A DNA stretch of 64,000 nt from Planctomycetota bacterium (GCA_044225365.1 JBGAIQ010000007.1:64001-128000), one strand, 5' to 3'; positions 47,582-57,990 are shown, counted from the stretch's first letter. Notes: generated by a model not told the origin, from the letters alone. Translations and numbers: made by a program.

Positions 47582-48787
47582 TCAGCGCTTCGCCGCGGGC
47601 GGAGCCGCCGACATCGAGTTCGCGATCGGTGGCTTGCGGATGGCGCCCGGCGCGGGCGGAGCCGCCGACGAGCGGAGGGCGGGAGCCGAGTCGTCGTCGA
47701 GCGAACTCGGGGTCGCCGCGGCGCTCGCAAGAGGAACCGTGGCGCCCGTCGAGGTCGCCGACGGTTTCGGCTTCATGGCTTCGCGCACGTCGGCTTCGAC
47801 GCGCTTCAGCACGTCGGGCTTGTCACGCAGCAGGTCGATCGTGCGCTCGCGACCCTGACCGAGGCGCTCACCCTTGTAGGCGAACCAGGAACCCGACTTG
47901 TCGAGCACCCGACAGTTGCCTGCGAGATCGACGATATCGCCAATGTAGTTGATGCCCTGGTCGAACATGATGTCGAACTCGGCCTTGCGGAACGGCGGAG
48001 CGCACTTGTTCTTCACGACGGTCGCCTTCGTGCGGCTGCCGACGTTCTCCTCGCCGTTCTTGATCTGCCCGATGCGTCGGATGTCGAGACGAACCGAGGC
48101 GTAGAACTTGAGGGCGCGACCACCGGTGGTCGTCTCCGGGCTGCCGAAGAACACGCCGATCTTCTCGCGGATCTGGTTGATGAAGATCACGGTCGTACGC
48201 GACCGCGCGATCGCGCCGGTCAACTTGCGTAGCGCTTGTGACATGAGTCGCGCCTGTAGGCCGACGTGGGAGTCTCCCATCTCGCCCTCGAGCTCGGCCT
48301 TCGGGACGAGCGCCGCGACGGAGTCGACCACGATGATGTCGAACGCATTGCTGCGCACCAGCGTCTCGGTGATGTCGAGCGCCTCTTCGCCGGACATCGG
48401 CTGGCTGACCTTGAACTTCGCCCCCTTCGTGTCGACGCCCAATTTGCGAGCGTAACTCGGGTCGAACGCATGCTCGGCGTCGATGAACGCCGCGTAGCCG
48501 CCCGCCTTCTGGGCCTGGGCGATCACATGCAAGGTCAGAGTCGTCTTGCCGGACGATTCCGGACCGAAGATCTCGATGATGCGGCCGCGGGGCAAACCGG
48601 TTCCGCCGAGCGCGAGGTCGAGCGACAGAGAGCCGGTCGAGATTCCGTCTTCGACCTTCTCCTCGCCGTCGAGAGACATGATCGCGCCCTTGCCGTGCGC
48701 CTTCTCGATCTGCGCGAGAGCCGCCTCCACCGCTGCCGCGCGCGCCTTGTCGTCCATATCGCCATTGCCTTCCGTTTTGGTGACCAT
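47582..48787 (-). CDS. recA: Recombinase RecA with a low-complexity C-terminal tail
   Basis: [50 protein letters not shown]. Confidence 0.98.
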   Translation of the reverse strand: MVTKTEGNGDMDDKARAAAVEAALAQIEKAHGKGAIMSLDGEEKVEDGISTGSLSLDLALGGTGLPRGRIIEIFGPESSGKTTLTLHVIAQAQKAGGYAAFIDAEHAFDPSYARKLGVDTKGAKFKVSQPMSGEEALDITETLVRSNAFDIIVVDSVAALVPKAELEGEMGDSHVGLQARLMSQALRKLTGAIARSRTTVIFINQIREKIGVFFGSPETTTGGRALKFYASVRLDIRRIGQIKNGEENVGSRTKATVVKNKCAPPFRKAEFDIMFDQGINYIGDIVDLAGNCRVLDKSGSWFAYKGERLGQGRERTIDLLRDKPDVLKRVEADVREAMKPKPSATSTGATVPLASAAATPSSLDDDSAPALRSSAAPPAPGAIRKPPIANSMSAAPPAAKR

Positions 48788-48909
48788 CGTCGTCGTTGCC
48801 TCCCGAAGGACCCGAGTGACTCGGGCGACCGAAAGTGTGCCGTTGAGAAATCGTGAATCGAGTCCGTTTACGTGGCCGCAACCGGAATTCGAACCGCCAG
48901 CGCACAACC

Positions 48910-48929
48910 CTAACATCGGACTAACATCG
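48910..48929. promoter_or_regulatory. Direct repeat CTAACATCG-N2-CTAACATCG upstream of recA
   Basis: Two identical 9-mers at 48910 and 48921 (11-bp period). Confidence 0.5.
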
Positions 48930-49231
48930 CTTCAAGCGTGGAATCCGAAAAGTGGCGGCTCGGCGTGAGATCATGACGTGGTCGCGCGCGATTCGGCACA
49001 GGATCGCCGAGCAAATCTTGCGTGTGGATGGGCCGTCAACGCGGCGAGAGGACGGGCGAAAGACGTTTCTCTCGCCAAGTCATGAGCTTGCCACCGCCGC
49101 GACATCGATCCGGAAGGGGCAGCCGACGGATGCCCAACGACGTTCGGACGAGCGCTGCCCATGAGCGCGAGTCTCGCAGCGCCCGAAGGGGATCCGCCGC
49201 GCGCGGTACGGCGGGGTCGCCGCGGGCGCTC

Positions 49232-50134
49232 TCACACCGTGATGAAGCTCACGAAGTCGTGGTACCGCGACCAGATCGCGTCTTGATCGAGACGACGGAA
49301 CGCGTCGAGCGAGAAGTCCTCGACGACGAACGACGACATCACCGTGCCGAAGACCATCGCACGGCGCACCGCGGCGTCGTCGGTGAGTCCGCTCTTCGAC
49401 AGGAAGCCCATCATGCCGCCCGCGAACGAGTCGCCGGCACCGGTCGGGTCCTTCACCGCAGCGACGGGATAGGCCGGGATCGCGAACCGCGATCCATTGC
49501 GCGAAATCATGAAGGCGCCGTATTCGCCCTTCTTCACCACGACGATCCTCGGCCCCATTCGCAGCACGTGCTCGGCCGCGGTCACGAGGTTCTTCTCCCC
49601 CGAGAGCATCTTGGCTTCGCCCTCGTTCAGCACGAGGCCGTCGATCTTGGGAAGCAGCTTCAGCAAGCCGTCGCGATCGTTCTGGATCCAGTGGTTCATC
49701 GTGTCGGCGACGACGAACTTCGGCTTCTTGACCTGTTCGAGGACGCGCATCTGCGAACTCGGAGAGCCATTCGCGAGGAACACGTACTCGCTGTCGCGGA
49801 AGCCCTCCGGAAGATCGGGGATGAAGTCGCCGTAGACGTTGAGCTGCACGTCGAGGGTCTTCGCCTCGTTCATGTCGCCTTCGTACTTGCCGGTCCAGTG
49901 GAAGGTCTGCCCCTTCGCCCGCGTGAGTCCCGCAGTGTCGACTCCGCGCTTCTTCAACATCGCCACGTTCTCTTCGGGGAAATCGCTTCCCACGATCGAG
50001 ACGAGGCGCACCGGCGTGAAGAACGACGCGGCGTACGAGAAGTACGTCGCGGAACCGCCGAGCACGCGCTCGACCTTTCCGAAGGGCGTGGCAACCGAGT
50101 CGAATGCAACCGTACCGACGACGACGAGGGACAT
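49232..50134 (-). CDS. PfkB/ribokinase-family kinase
   Basis: GGSATY, NEGEA, KKGEYGA, DPTGAGDSFAGG. Confidence 0.92.
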   Translation of the reverse strand: MSLVVVGTVAFDSVATPFGKVERVLGGSATYFSYAASFFTPVRLVSIVGSDFPEENVAMLKKRGVDTAGLTRAKGQTFHWTGKYEGDMNEAKTLDVQLNVYGDFIPDLPEGFRDSEYVFLANGSPSSQMRVLEQVKKPKFVVADTMNHWIQNDRDGLLKLLPKIDGLVLNEGEAKMLSGEKNLVTAAEHVLRMGPRIVVVKKGEYGAFMISRNGSRFAIPAYPVAAVKDPTGAGDSFAGGMMGFLSKSGLTDDAAVRRAMVFGTVMSSFVVEDFSLDAFRRLDQDAIWSRYHDFVSFITV

Positions 50135-50184
50135 GAGACTCTCCGTTGCGCGCGGGCGATTCGCCCGCGCGCGTGATTCTTCGA

Positions 50185-51480
50185 TCAATTCGACTTGGGC
50201 CCGTCTGCCGCGGGATCCTCGGGATCGTCCGCGTCGGCGAAGTCCTCGAGTTCCTGAGCCGACACCCGATTCTTCTCCCGCGCCAGGTATACGCCGCCGA
50301 CCAGCGACACGATCATCTGCAGGACGCGGTAGACGAGGAGCAGCGAGACGGCGAGCGCGTCGTGGATGCCGAGCGTTCGCCAGAAGAAGATGAACGCAGC
50401 CTCGCCCGCGCCCCAACCCGAGGGCGCGATCGGCAACGCCATCACGATGAGACCGACGGGCACGACAGCGAAGTACGAGAGCATCGGCGTATCGATCCCG
50501 ATGCCGACACCGATGAAGCCGATGCCGACGATGAGTACCGTGTGCACGAGGAGCGACAACGCGAGCGACACGAAGACCGTCTTGCGGCGGAATCGATAGA
50601 TGAAGACGGCCTCGTCGACCTTCTTGAAGACGTCGCCGAACGGCAGCTTCGCGATCAGCTTCTCGATGCCGAGGACGCGGCGGACGCGGCGTGAGAAGAA
50701 CACGACGCCGAACGCGAGTTCGAGGGCGAGGATCGCATAGATCCAGCGACCGACCTCGCGATAGCGCTCGAGATCGAAGGGCACGACGAAACCGGCCACG
50801 ATCGTGAGTCCGGTGATGCCGAGCACACGATCGAGCAGCACGGTAATGATCGCTTCGGTCTTGCGATGCGCGTGCTCCCGCGCGATGTAGTAGGCCTTGA
50901 CGATGTCGCCGCCCTGCGAGCCGGGCATCACGTTGTTGAAGAACGCACCGATGAACGTGAGAGCGCAGACGCGCGGCAGGTCGGTCTGGAGTTCCGCGGC
51001 GCCGAGCAGCAGGTACCAGCGGTACACTGCGACGAACGTCGCGAGCAGGATCATCAGGAACGCGAGCAACAAGAACGGTACCGACGCGTTCTTCACGACG
51101 GAGACGAGCCCCGGTGCGAGCTGAGGCGTCGGCGCCTTGCCTTTCACCAGCGGGATCTGCGAGATCATCGCGGGCGTCCACACCGCGTTCGGGATCGTCG
51201 ATTCGATCGTGTCGATCTCGCCGTCGGCCCGGTTCTGGATGTGGATCGCGCCCCCGGACGTGACGAGGTCGACGTTGCCCGCTCCGCCGTTCGCCGGATT
51301 CCCCCCGGGAGAGTTCGGCTTGATCGTCCCCACGAACTTCGCCGTCGAGCCGTCCCGCAGCGGGATCGTCAGTTGATCGCGCACCGGCACGAGCCAGAGT
51401 ACGAAGGCGATGAGGCCGAGCGCGACCAGGATCTTCGCGAACGGGACGAGCTTCTTCAGGGGACTCGCCTCAGCGCTCAA
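50185..51480 (-). CDS. Lysylphosphatidylglycerol-synthase TM / YbhN (flippase-like) protein with an inserted soluble domain
   Basis: YRWYLLL, FFNNVMPGSQGGDIVKAY, LDRVLG, PIAPSGWG.GE; TTG start overlaps the upstream stop. Confidence 0.82.
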   Translation of the reverse strand: MSAEASPLKKLVPFAKILVALGLIAFVLWLVPVRDQLTIPLRDGSTAKFVGTIKPNSPGGNPANGGAGNVDLVTSGGAIHIQNRADGEIDTIESTIPNAVWTPAMISQIPLVKGKAPTPQLAPGLVSVVKNASVPFLLLAFLMILLATFVAVYRWYLLLGAAELQTDLPRVCALTFIGAFFNNVMPGSQGGDIVKAYYIAREHAHRKTEAIITVLLDRVLGITGLTIVAGFVVPFDLERYREVGRWIYAILALELAFGVVFFSRRVRRVLGIEKLIAKLPFGDVFKKVDEAVFIYRFRRKTVFVSLALSLLVHTVLIVGIGFIGVGIGIDTPMLSYFAVVPVGLIVMALPIAPSGWGAGEAAFIFFWRTLGIHDALAVSLLLVYRVLQMIVSLVGGVYLAREKNRVSAQELEDFADADDPEDPAADGPKSN

Positions 51481-52037
51481 CTCACCCACCGCACTTTCGT
51501 CGCCGCATGGGTCAGATCCGCGCACTCCTCGCCCCAGGCTTCGAGCACGCGCTCGCTGAACGAACGCCAATCGATTCCGAGTTCGAGGAGACCGATCGCG
51601 GCGACCGGCGCTCCCGTGGGATCGATGTTCAAGGCGAAATGGAAGAGGCCGGACACGGGCGAAACCGTGGCGATCGAGATCGACGCCTTCTTGCCGGAGA
51701 CGAACAGATCGTCCCCCGCGACCTCGACGCGCTTGCCAGCGAATGCCGACAGGTGGTCGGCTGCGATCCGCGCGAAGAGATGTTGCCGGAGCACCATCGC
51801 CGGGAGCCGCTCGTCGTAGTGCTCGGAGATGAAGTGCAGCATGGACTTGGCGCGGATCACGGCCTTCTGCTTGACGTCCTCGCGGTCCACCATCGATTCG
51901 CGCGTGACATCGCAAGGGCCGACGAATGCGATGAGAGAATCGCCCTGGACGTCGCAGGTGTCGTACGCGAACAGCGAACGCAGCTGCGATCCATCGTAGG
52001 CGATCTCGGAGTCGAGGATTCTCGTCGTGAGGGGCAT
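51477..52037 (-). CDS. DUF366-family protein (biotin/lipoate-ligase-like fold)
   Basis: YDGSQLRSLFAY, GDSLIAFVGPCDV, MVDRED, MLHFISEH, GDDLF..KASISIAT. Confidence 0.75.
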   Translation of the reverse strand: MPLTTRILDSEIAYDGSQLRSLFAYDTCDVQGDSLIAFVGPCDVTRESMVDREDVKQKAVIRAKSMLHFISEHYDERLPAMVLRQHLFARIAADHLSAFAGKRVEVAGDDLFVSGKKASISIATVSPVSGLFHFALNIDPTGAPVAAIGLLELGIDWRSFSERVLEAWGEECADLTHAATKVRWVS

Positions 52038-52203
52038 GGTCGGGCGCCGAAAGAACCGGGCATCTTAATCGGCAAGGAAGGCGACACAACTACGGCTGCA
52101 TTCGGAAAATCGCGCATTTCCGCTGCACCGCGCTCGGCTCCGCAACGACACCGCTCGCGACCCCTTCGACGGAGTCGAGGAGGCCGCGAGCGGATCCGAT
52201 GGA

Positions 52204-52566
52204 TGGTGGAGGCGGCGGGAATCGAACCCGCGTCCCAAGGCGCCGAGAACCGAACGTACTACGTGTGTAGCCGATCGATTGAGTTTCGCTCCGCGGCAGC
52301 CGATCGACAGGCATCCATGGAGCTAGCCCGAAGTTCTCACCTCACGCGATCGGGCGCGCGCAAGGCCAGCCCCCATGATTGCGCTACGTCACCCCGAGGG
52401 CGAGGACGACGTTGCGGGACCTGACCTCGTTAGAGGTTAATCAGGCCGCGAGAGCGTACTGGGAGTTATCCGCAGTTACGTTTTCTCCGGTTTTTTACGA
52501 GGCCTCCGGAGAACCTCGACACGCAGTTCGATCCGCGAACAACCCGGTCGAAACCAGATCGCCCCC
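52204..52566 (-). ncRNA. ssrA: tmRNA; tag (A)ADNSQYALAA* encoded at 52473-52441
   Basis: 5' GGGGGCGATCTGGTTTCGAC; 3' GGGTTCGATTCCCGCCGCCTCCACCA; internal tag ORF; adjacent to smpB. Confidence 0.96.
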
Positions 52567-52640
52567 GATCGAAGAGGCGCCATCGTAGCCCACTTCACAT
52601 TCGAACGCCAAAGCGATCGACCCGCGTCTTGGGCGTGCGC

Positions 52641-53135
52641 TCATTCGTCGCGCCGACGTCGGCCGAGCGCCCGCGACATCTCGCGCTTCGCTTCCTTCTC
52701 CGCCTTGGCGTGCCGCTTGTCGTACTCCGCGCGACCGCGGCAGATGCCGAGCTCGAGCTTGGCGTAGCTGCCGCTGAAGTAGATCTTGAGTGGGACGAGC
52801 GTGTGGCCCTTGAGGCGCTGCTGATCGTCGATCTTGCGGATCTGATGGCGATGGAGCAGCAGTTTGCGCGTCCGCTTCGGCACGTGATTGCGCAGGTTGC
52901 CGTAGCTGTATTCCTGGATCTCGAATCCGTTCAGCCAGACCTCGCCGTTCTCGACGCGCGCGAAACTCCCGGTGAGGTTGCACTTCCCGTCGCGCAGCGC
53001 CTTCACTTCGGTGCCGAGCAACGCGATGCCGGCCTCGAAGCGCTCGAGGACCTCGTAATCGTGAAGGGCTTTGCGATTCTCGGCGACGAGGATCGTCGCC
53101 TGCGCTCCCATCGATCTTGGATCGGGCTTGGCCAT
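52641..53135 (-). CDS. smpB: SsrA-binding protein
   Basis: NRKALHDY, EAGIALLGTEVK, RKLLLH, YDKR. Confidence 0.97.
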   Translation of the reverse strand: MAKPDPRSMGAQATILVAENRKALHDYEVLERFEAGIALLGTEVKALRDGKCNLTGSFARVENGEVWLNGFEIQEYSYGNLRNHVPKRTRKLLLHRHQIRKIDDQQRLKGHTLVPLKIYFSGSYAKLELGICRGRAEYDKRHAKAEKEAKREMSRALGRRRRDE

Positions 53136-53258
53136 ACGCACTCGACTCTAACAAGAACCGGTGCGAACGACTCGAGCGCCGGGGGAAGTCTCTACGATCT
53201 TCGCGACCGCGAGCCCCGAGCCCTTCGTCCCACAAGAACCCACGCGAGTCCTCTCACC

Positions 53259-53702
53259 GTGCCCCTCGTCCTTTCCGCCTTCCCATTCCGCCGCATTGCC
53301 CTTGCGGCGCTCGTCGCCCTAGCGGCGTGCACCGCAACGACGCAGCGCCGCGTGCCCTTCGATCTCACGCCGCAGATGGCGACGCTGCGACAGGACACCT
53401 CGACGATCGCGAGCCTCCTGTCCCGGGAGCGATTGCAGGATGCGATCGCGCCCGCCGAGCGACTCACGCGTTTCGCGTTGCCCGCGCTCGAGGACGAGTC
53501 CGCGATCGTCCATCCGGATCTGGTCGCTGCTGCCGAAGGATTCCACGCCGCCGCGCTCGCACTGCACGGTGCGCTCCGCGCCAACGACGCACCTCGCGCG
53601 TCCGAGTCGTTCGACGCATTGGTCGCCTCCTGCACCGCATGCCATCGGCAGTTCCGCGCGGACGGCGTCACCGCGCTCGGCCTGACCGCCGAATCGCGTT
53701 GA
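53259..53702 (+). CDS. Class II (c'-like) cytochrome c lipoprotein
   Basis: Lipobox LAAC; helical; C-terminal CTACHRQFR. Confidence 0.7.
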   Translation: MPLVLSAFPFRRIALAALVALAACTATTQRRVPFDLTPQMATLRQDTSTIASLLSRERLQDAIAPAERLTRFALPALEDESAIVHPDLVAAAEGFHAAALALHGALRANDAPRASESFDALVASCTACHRQFRADGVTALGLTAESR

Positions 53703-53748
53703 TCCGAGGGCCTCGCCCTGCAAATCCCCCACCGATCCGGCGGCACGC

Positions 53749-53777
53749 TTGATTGCCGGATCCTCGGCCCGTATCCT
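53749..53777 (+). promoter_or_regulatory. Sigma-70 promoter for tRNA-Leu: TTGATT-N17-TATCCT
   Basis: Consensus-like hexamers with a 17-bp spacer, 14 nt before the tRNA. Confidence 0.65.
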
Positions 53778-53791
53778 CGTCGCCCTTCCGC

Positions 53792-53878
53792 GCCGAAGTG
53801 GCGGAATGGCAGACGCGCTAGATTCAGGGTCTAGTGCCCTTCACGGGCGTCGGGGTTCAAGTCCCCGCTTCGGCACCA
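53792..53878 (+). tRNA. tRNA-Leu (CAG)
   Basis: GCCGAAG acceptor, CTAGA-TTCAGGG-TCTAG anticodon arm, variable arm, CCA. Confidence 0.96.
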
Positions 53879-53887
53879 TTCCTGAAT

Positions 53888-53933
53888 GCGCGGCGGTTGC
53901 GAATCCAAGTCGCGACCGCCGCGCGTTTTTCTT
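53888..53933 (+). terminator. Intrinsic terminator after tRNA-Leu
   Basis: GCGCGGCGGTTGCGA...TCGCGACCGCCGCGC followed by GTTTTTCTT. Confidence 0.85.
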
Positions 53934-54026
53934 GTCCAGGGCGGAGCCGGCGCTGCCTTCTCTCTCCCAAACCTCCGCATGACCCCCTCGCTTCGAGCGG
54001 GGCGCGGAAGGACTTTGGAGAGAATC

Positions 54027-55715
54027 ATGCTTCGCACTTCCAAGAGCCTCGTGATCGGAACGACCCTCGCCCTCGCCGCCACCGCGCATGCGGAGACGGT
54101 CCTCCTTCAGTTGAGATCGGCGAAGAAGGAACCCGGGTTCGGGGCGCACGTCGCAAGGGCCGGCGATGTCGACGGCGATGGCCACGCCGACGTACTCGCG
54201 TCGATCGAGACGATCGGTGACCCCGCGAATCCGTACATGACGCAGGGTCGCGTCTACGTCGTCTCCGGCAAGGACAAGGGCGTGCTGCGCGAGTACGACG
54301 GCGACGTTCTTGGCGACGACTTCGGCGCCGCGATCGCGAATGCGGGCGACGTGAACGGCGACGGCATCGACGATCACATCGTGGGTGCGCCGATGTACGA
54401 CGGCTGGCTCACGGGCGGTGCCGGCTACGTGAAAGTGTTCTCCGGCAAGGACGGCAGCGTCCTCCACACGATCCAGGGCAACGAACTCGGCGCCATGTTC
54501 GGCGCCACGGTCGCGGGCGCGGGCGACGTCGACGGCGACGGCTGCGCGGACGTCCTCGTCGGCGCCTGGTGGGCCGACAGTCTCGTCGTTCCGAATTGCG
54601 GCATGGCACGTCTTTATTCGGGCAAGACCGGCCTGCCCTTGTTCGAGGTGAAGGGCAGCGAGTCGCTGCACTACGTCGGACTCGCACTCGCGGGCGTCGG
54701 CGACCTCGATCACGACGGACATGCCGACTTCGCGATCGGCGCGCCTGGCGAAACGGTCAACGGTCACAACGGCGGAGCGGTCCGCGTCTACTCCGGCGCC
54801 ACCTTGCAACCGCTCTTCACCTTCTTCGGCGGACTGGGCGCGTTCGACGATGACTTCGGCTGGAGCATCGCTGCCGCGGGCGACATCGATCAGGACGGCT
54901 GGAACGACGTCGCGGTCGGCACGCCGCAGCAGGGCACGCTCGGGCAATCCCGCGTCGAGGTGTTCTCCGGTCGCAATGGTTCCGTGATCCGCACGCTTCT
55001 TCCGCTCACAGGCGATGAGATCTTCGGCGTGAGCGTCGACGGCGCGGGCGACATGAACGGTGATGAGGTTCCCGACCTCGTCGTCGGCAGTCCTCTCACC
55101 GATGCGAATGGCCACACCGACTGCGGACGGATGTACGGGTTCTCGGGGAAGACTGGCGGGATCCTGTTCGCGAAGACCGGCACGCACGACTACGAGCAAC
55201 TCGGCTACGGCGCGGTGGCGATCGGTGACGTCGATGGCGACGGATCGGGCGACGCCGCGACGTCGGGCGCGATCGATCCGCAAGTGGACCCCGCGCTGTC
55301 GCAGGTCTACCTCGTGACGTATGCGAGCGTGAAGGCGTCGTACGACGTGTACGGCGCGGGTTTCCCCGGCACCAACGGCGTTCCGGCGTTCGTACCGAAT
55401 GCGAATCCCGTGATTTGCGAACCGATGACCCTCGAACTCGAGAACTCGTACGGTCAGTCGACGGTCGGCGTCCTCTTCCTCGGAGCCACTCCCATCGCAC
55501 TGCCCTCGGGCTTCGGCGGGACGCTCCTCGTGAACCCGCTGGTTGCGATGACCGTCTCGATACCTCCGATCGGACTCGACATGCCGACGATCACGGCCTG
55601 CAACACGAAGCTCTGCGGCTTCGCCGTCTACCTCCAGGCGGTGCTCGCCGATCCGGGCGCGGCGAAGGGCGTCGCGTTCACGCGAGGATTGAAGCTCGTC
55701 CTCGGCGGAACCTGA
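54027..55715 (+). CDS. Secreted FG-GAP (integrin-alpha-like) repeat protein
   Basis: Signal peptide; seven GDxxxDGxxD repeats with FG and GAP elements; distinct C-terminal domain. Confidence 0.9.
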   Translation: MLRTSKSLVIGTTLALAATAHAETVLLQLRSAKKEPGFGAHVARAGDVDGDGHADVLASIETIGDPANPYMTQGRVYVVSGKDKGVLREYDGDVLGDDFGAAIANAGDVNGDGIDDHIVGAPMYDGWLTGGAGYVKVFSGKDGSVLHTIQGNELGAMFGATVAGAGDVDGDGCADVLVGAWWADSLVVPNCGMARLYSGKTGLPLFEVKGSESLHYVGLALAGVGDLDHDGHADFAIGAPGETVNGHNGGAVRVYSGATLQPLFTFFGGLGAFDDDFGWSIAAAGDIDQDGWNDVAVGTPQQGTLGQSRVEVFSGRNGSVIRTLLPLTGDEIFGVSVDGAGDMNGDEVPDLVVGSPLTDANGHTDCGRMYGFSGKTGGILFAKTGTHDYEQLGYGAVAIGDVDGDGSGDAATSGAIDPQVDPALSQVYLVTYASVKASYDVYGAGFPGTNGVPAFVPNANPVICEPMTLELENSYGQSTVGVLFLGATPIALPSGFGGTLLVNPLVAMTVSIPPIGLDMPTITACNTKLCGFAVYLQAVLADPGAAKGVAFTRGLKLVLGGT

Positions 55716-55746
55716 TCGACTCGCGAATCGTCACGGATGGAAAGCG

Positions 55747-55789
55747 GCGTGCGCGCGGATCGGGGTTCACCCGCGGTCTGCGCGCACGC
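55747..55789. terminator. Hairpin between convergent genes
   Basis: GCGTGCGCGCGGATCG...CGGTCTGCGCGCACGC. Confidence 0.6.
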
Positions 55790-55809
55790 GCTCGTTCGCC
55801 GCGATCCCC

Positions 55810-57990
55810 TTACTTTGGCACCGTCGCCGGCTTGAACTTCTCTCGCGGCGGCGAGGTTTGCGATTCGGGCCGCGCCTGGCTGTGCTTCTCCAGGTAGCGC
55901 TTGAAGCGCTCCGCGTATTCCGCAGCTTCTTCCATCCTCCCGTCCTCGCGCAGCATCGTGAACATCTCGTTGATCGCGTACCACGATTCGGGATCGATCG
56001 TGAGCGCGGCGCGGAAGTGCTCGTACGCCGCCTCGCGATTGCCGCCCTGCTTGCACAGGTAGCCGATGCCCTCGTGGCAGCGCGCGGTACGCGGAGCGAT
56101 CTTGAGGATGGCCACGTAGGCGGCGGAGGCCTCCGCCCCATCGCCGACGAGAACGTGCTGATCCGCGAGCTCGCACCACAGCTTGATGACGGGATCGCGC
56201 ACCACCTCAGGGATCTTCGAGGGTGGCGAGGCGCCGCAGATCGCTTCGATCGCTCGGTCGTAGAGGAGGATCGCCTGACGGGCGCCGGACTCGCCCGCGT
56301 TCGCGCATTCGCGCGCGATCGCCCCGAGTCGCTCGCAGACGCGAGTGAAGTTCGGCCCGAGCTCGGAGGTGGTGTTCGGCAGTTCGCTCGCTTCGCGGAA
56401 CAATCGCGCGGCCAGGTACGCGTCGCCTTCGAGGCCGGCGAAGAGGGCGAGGAGTTCGACGACGCGTCCATTCTGCGGCAGCTTCTTGCGCAGAGCGTCG
56501 AGTCGGGGTCGCCCTTCCGCGATGAGCGCCTGCGCCCGCGTCGCGATGTCCGTCGCGGCCGCCGTATCGCCTCGTGCGCGCGCCTTCGTCGCCTCGTCCT
56601 GGAATGCCTGCACCACCGCGCCCTCCACCGTGAGCCGCTCGATCGCGATCGAGTCGTCGTTCGGACTCTGGCTCAGGAGACGATCGAGTTCGAGGAGCGC
56701 GCCGACGGCATCCCCGGATAGGTATCTCCACACCGCGGCCTGGACCTGAGGCTCGAGAGTCGATCGAGCGTGCGTCGCAGCGGAGGAGAAGAGCACGACG
56801 TCGTTCTGGAACTCCTTCGCGCGCGCGACCTGCCGCATCCCCAGCACAACGGACAGCACGAGCACGAGCCCGGTCGTGAACCGATCGGCCCGCGGGCCGA
56901 CGCGCATCGCCAGAGCGTCGCGCACGAGCGCGGTGACGACGATCGCGGCTCCCGCGACAGCGACGTAGAGATAACGCTCGAAGAATGGGAACGGCATCCA
57001 GCGAAACGCGAACGTGATCGGCACGATGTTCGAAGCGGGCAAGAGCGGCAGGAGGAACATCGCAGCGCCCACTCTCAGATCGAGCCGATCGAGGCAAAGG
57101 AGCGCGAGCAGGACGACGATCAGCAACACGCCGATGAACAGCCGGGAGTCGAGCAACGAGGTCACGAGCGGCGCATCGTGAGTGATCGTCAACTCCGCGG
57201 GCCACAGGACGAGTCCGACGTACTTCGGGAGCAGCGCCACGAACGTCAGGGCTCGCTGCCCCACGTTGCCTTCGCCGGTGTAGACGCCGTCGGGCGGAAC
57301 GATCGAGAGACCGTAGATCTTCACCGCGAAGAAGATGGCCGCCACCCCGGTCAAGACGGCGAGGATTCGCAAAGCTCGCCGGCGTTCACCCGTCACGAGA
57401 GGAATCGAAGCGACCAAGGGCAGCAGCGCGACGCTCGATTCCTTCGCGCCCAGGGCGAATGCGAAGAAGAGCGCCGCGATCGCGGAGCGCCGGCGCAAGA
57501 GCGCGTGCGCGGCGAGCAGGACGAAGCAGAATGCCAAAGGGTCCGTGCGACCCGTCACGGGGGCGATGGACTCGGCGTGCACCGGGTGCGTCGCGAAGAC
57601 GACCGCGGCTGGCAGGGCGATGGCGGAGAGCGGCGGAATCGCAGCGAGCAGACCGTAGAGCAGCGCACTGTTCGACGCATGCAGAACGAGATTGTCGACG
57701 TGATAGCCGAGGGGAGAATCTCCGTAGAGCTTCCTCTCGATGCCGTACGACAGAGCGGTGACGGGCCGCCAGTACCCCGATGCTGCGTGCCCCTGAGCGT
57801 CTTCGCCGAAGAAGTCCTGCGTCACGCGCTCTTGAAGGGACTGCTTCGAATCGAGCAGCAGCGCCGTGTCGTCGAACGAGAAGTCGTTGGAGAGGGTCGG
57901 CCACGAGAAAGCGATCGCGAACAAGAGAACGACCGCGACGCGAACGAGCGTTCGCGCGCGGTCGCCCGGGATTCTTCCGGCGATCGTCAT
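55810..57990 (-). CDS. TMTC-like GT-C membrane glycosyltransferase with C-terminal TPRs
   Basis: NDFSFDD, YWRPV, YHVDNLVLH, HPVHAES..GRTD, KES, ERYLY; TPR tail. Confidence 0.8.
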   Translation of the reverse strand: MTIAGRIPGDRARTLVRVAVVLLFAIAFSWPTLSNDFSFDDTALLLDSKQSLQERVTQDFFGEDAQGHAASGYWRPVTALSYGIERKLYGDSPLGYHVDNLVLHASNSALLYGLLAAIPPLSAIALPAAVVFATHPVHAESIAPVTGRTDPLAFCFVLLAAHALLRRRSAIAALFFAFALGAKESSVALLPLVASIPLVTGERRRALRILAVLTGVAAIFFAVKIYGLSIVPPDGVYTGEGNVGQRALTFVALLPKYVGLVLWPAELTITHDAPLVTSLLDSRLFIGVLLIVVLLALLCLDRLDLRVGAAMFLLPLLPASNIVPITFAFRWMPFPFFERYLYVAVAGAAIVVTALVRDALAMRVGPRADRFTTGLVLVLSVVLGMRQVARAKEFQNDVVLFSSAATHARSTLEPQVQAAVWRYLSGDAVGALLELDRLLSQSPNDDSIAIERLTVEGAVVQAFQDEATKARARGDTAAATDIATRAQALIAEGRPRLDALRKKLPQNGRVVELLALFAGLEGDAYLAARLFREASELPNTTSELGPNFTRVCERLGAIARECANAGESGARQAILLYDRAIEAICGASPPSKIPEVVRDPVIKLWCELADQHVLVGDGAEASAAYVAILKIAPRTARCHEGIGYLCKQGGNREAAYEHFRAALTIDPESWYAINEMFTMLREDGRMEEAAEYAERFKRYLEKHSQARPESQTSPPREKFKPATVPK

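Noticed and set aside
49100-49135. GATCCGGAAGGGGCAGCC resembling the SRP RNA core
   Set aside because: It lacks the conserved CAGG strand and the pairing needed for SRP domain IV.
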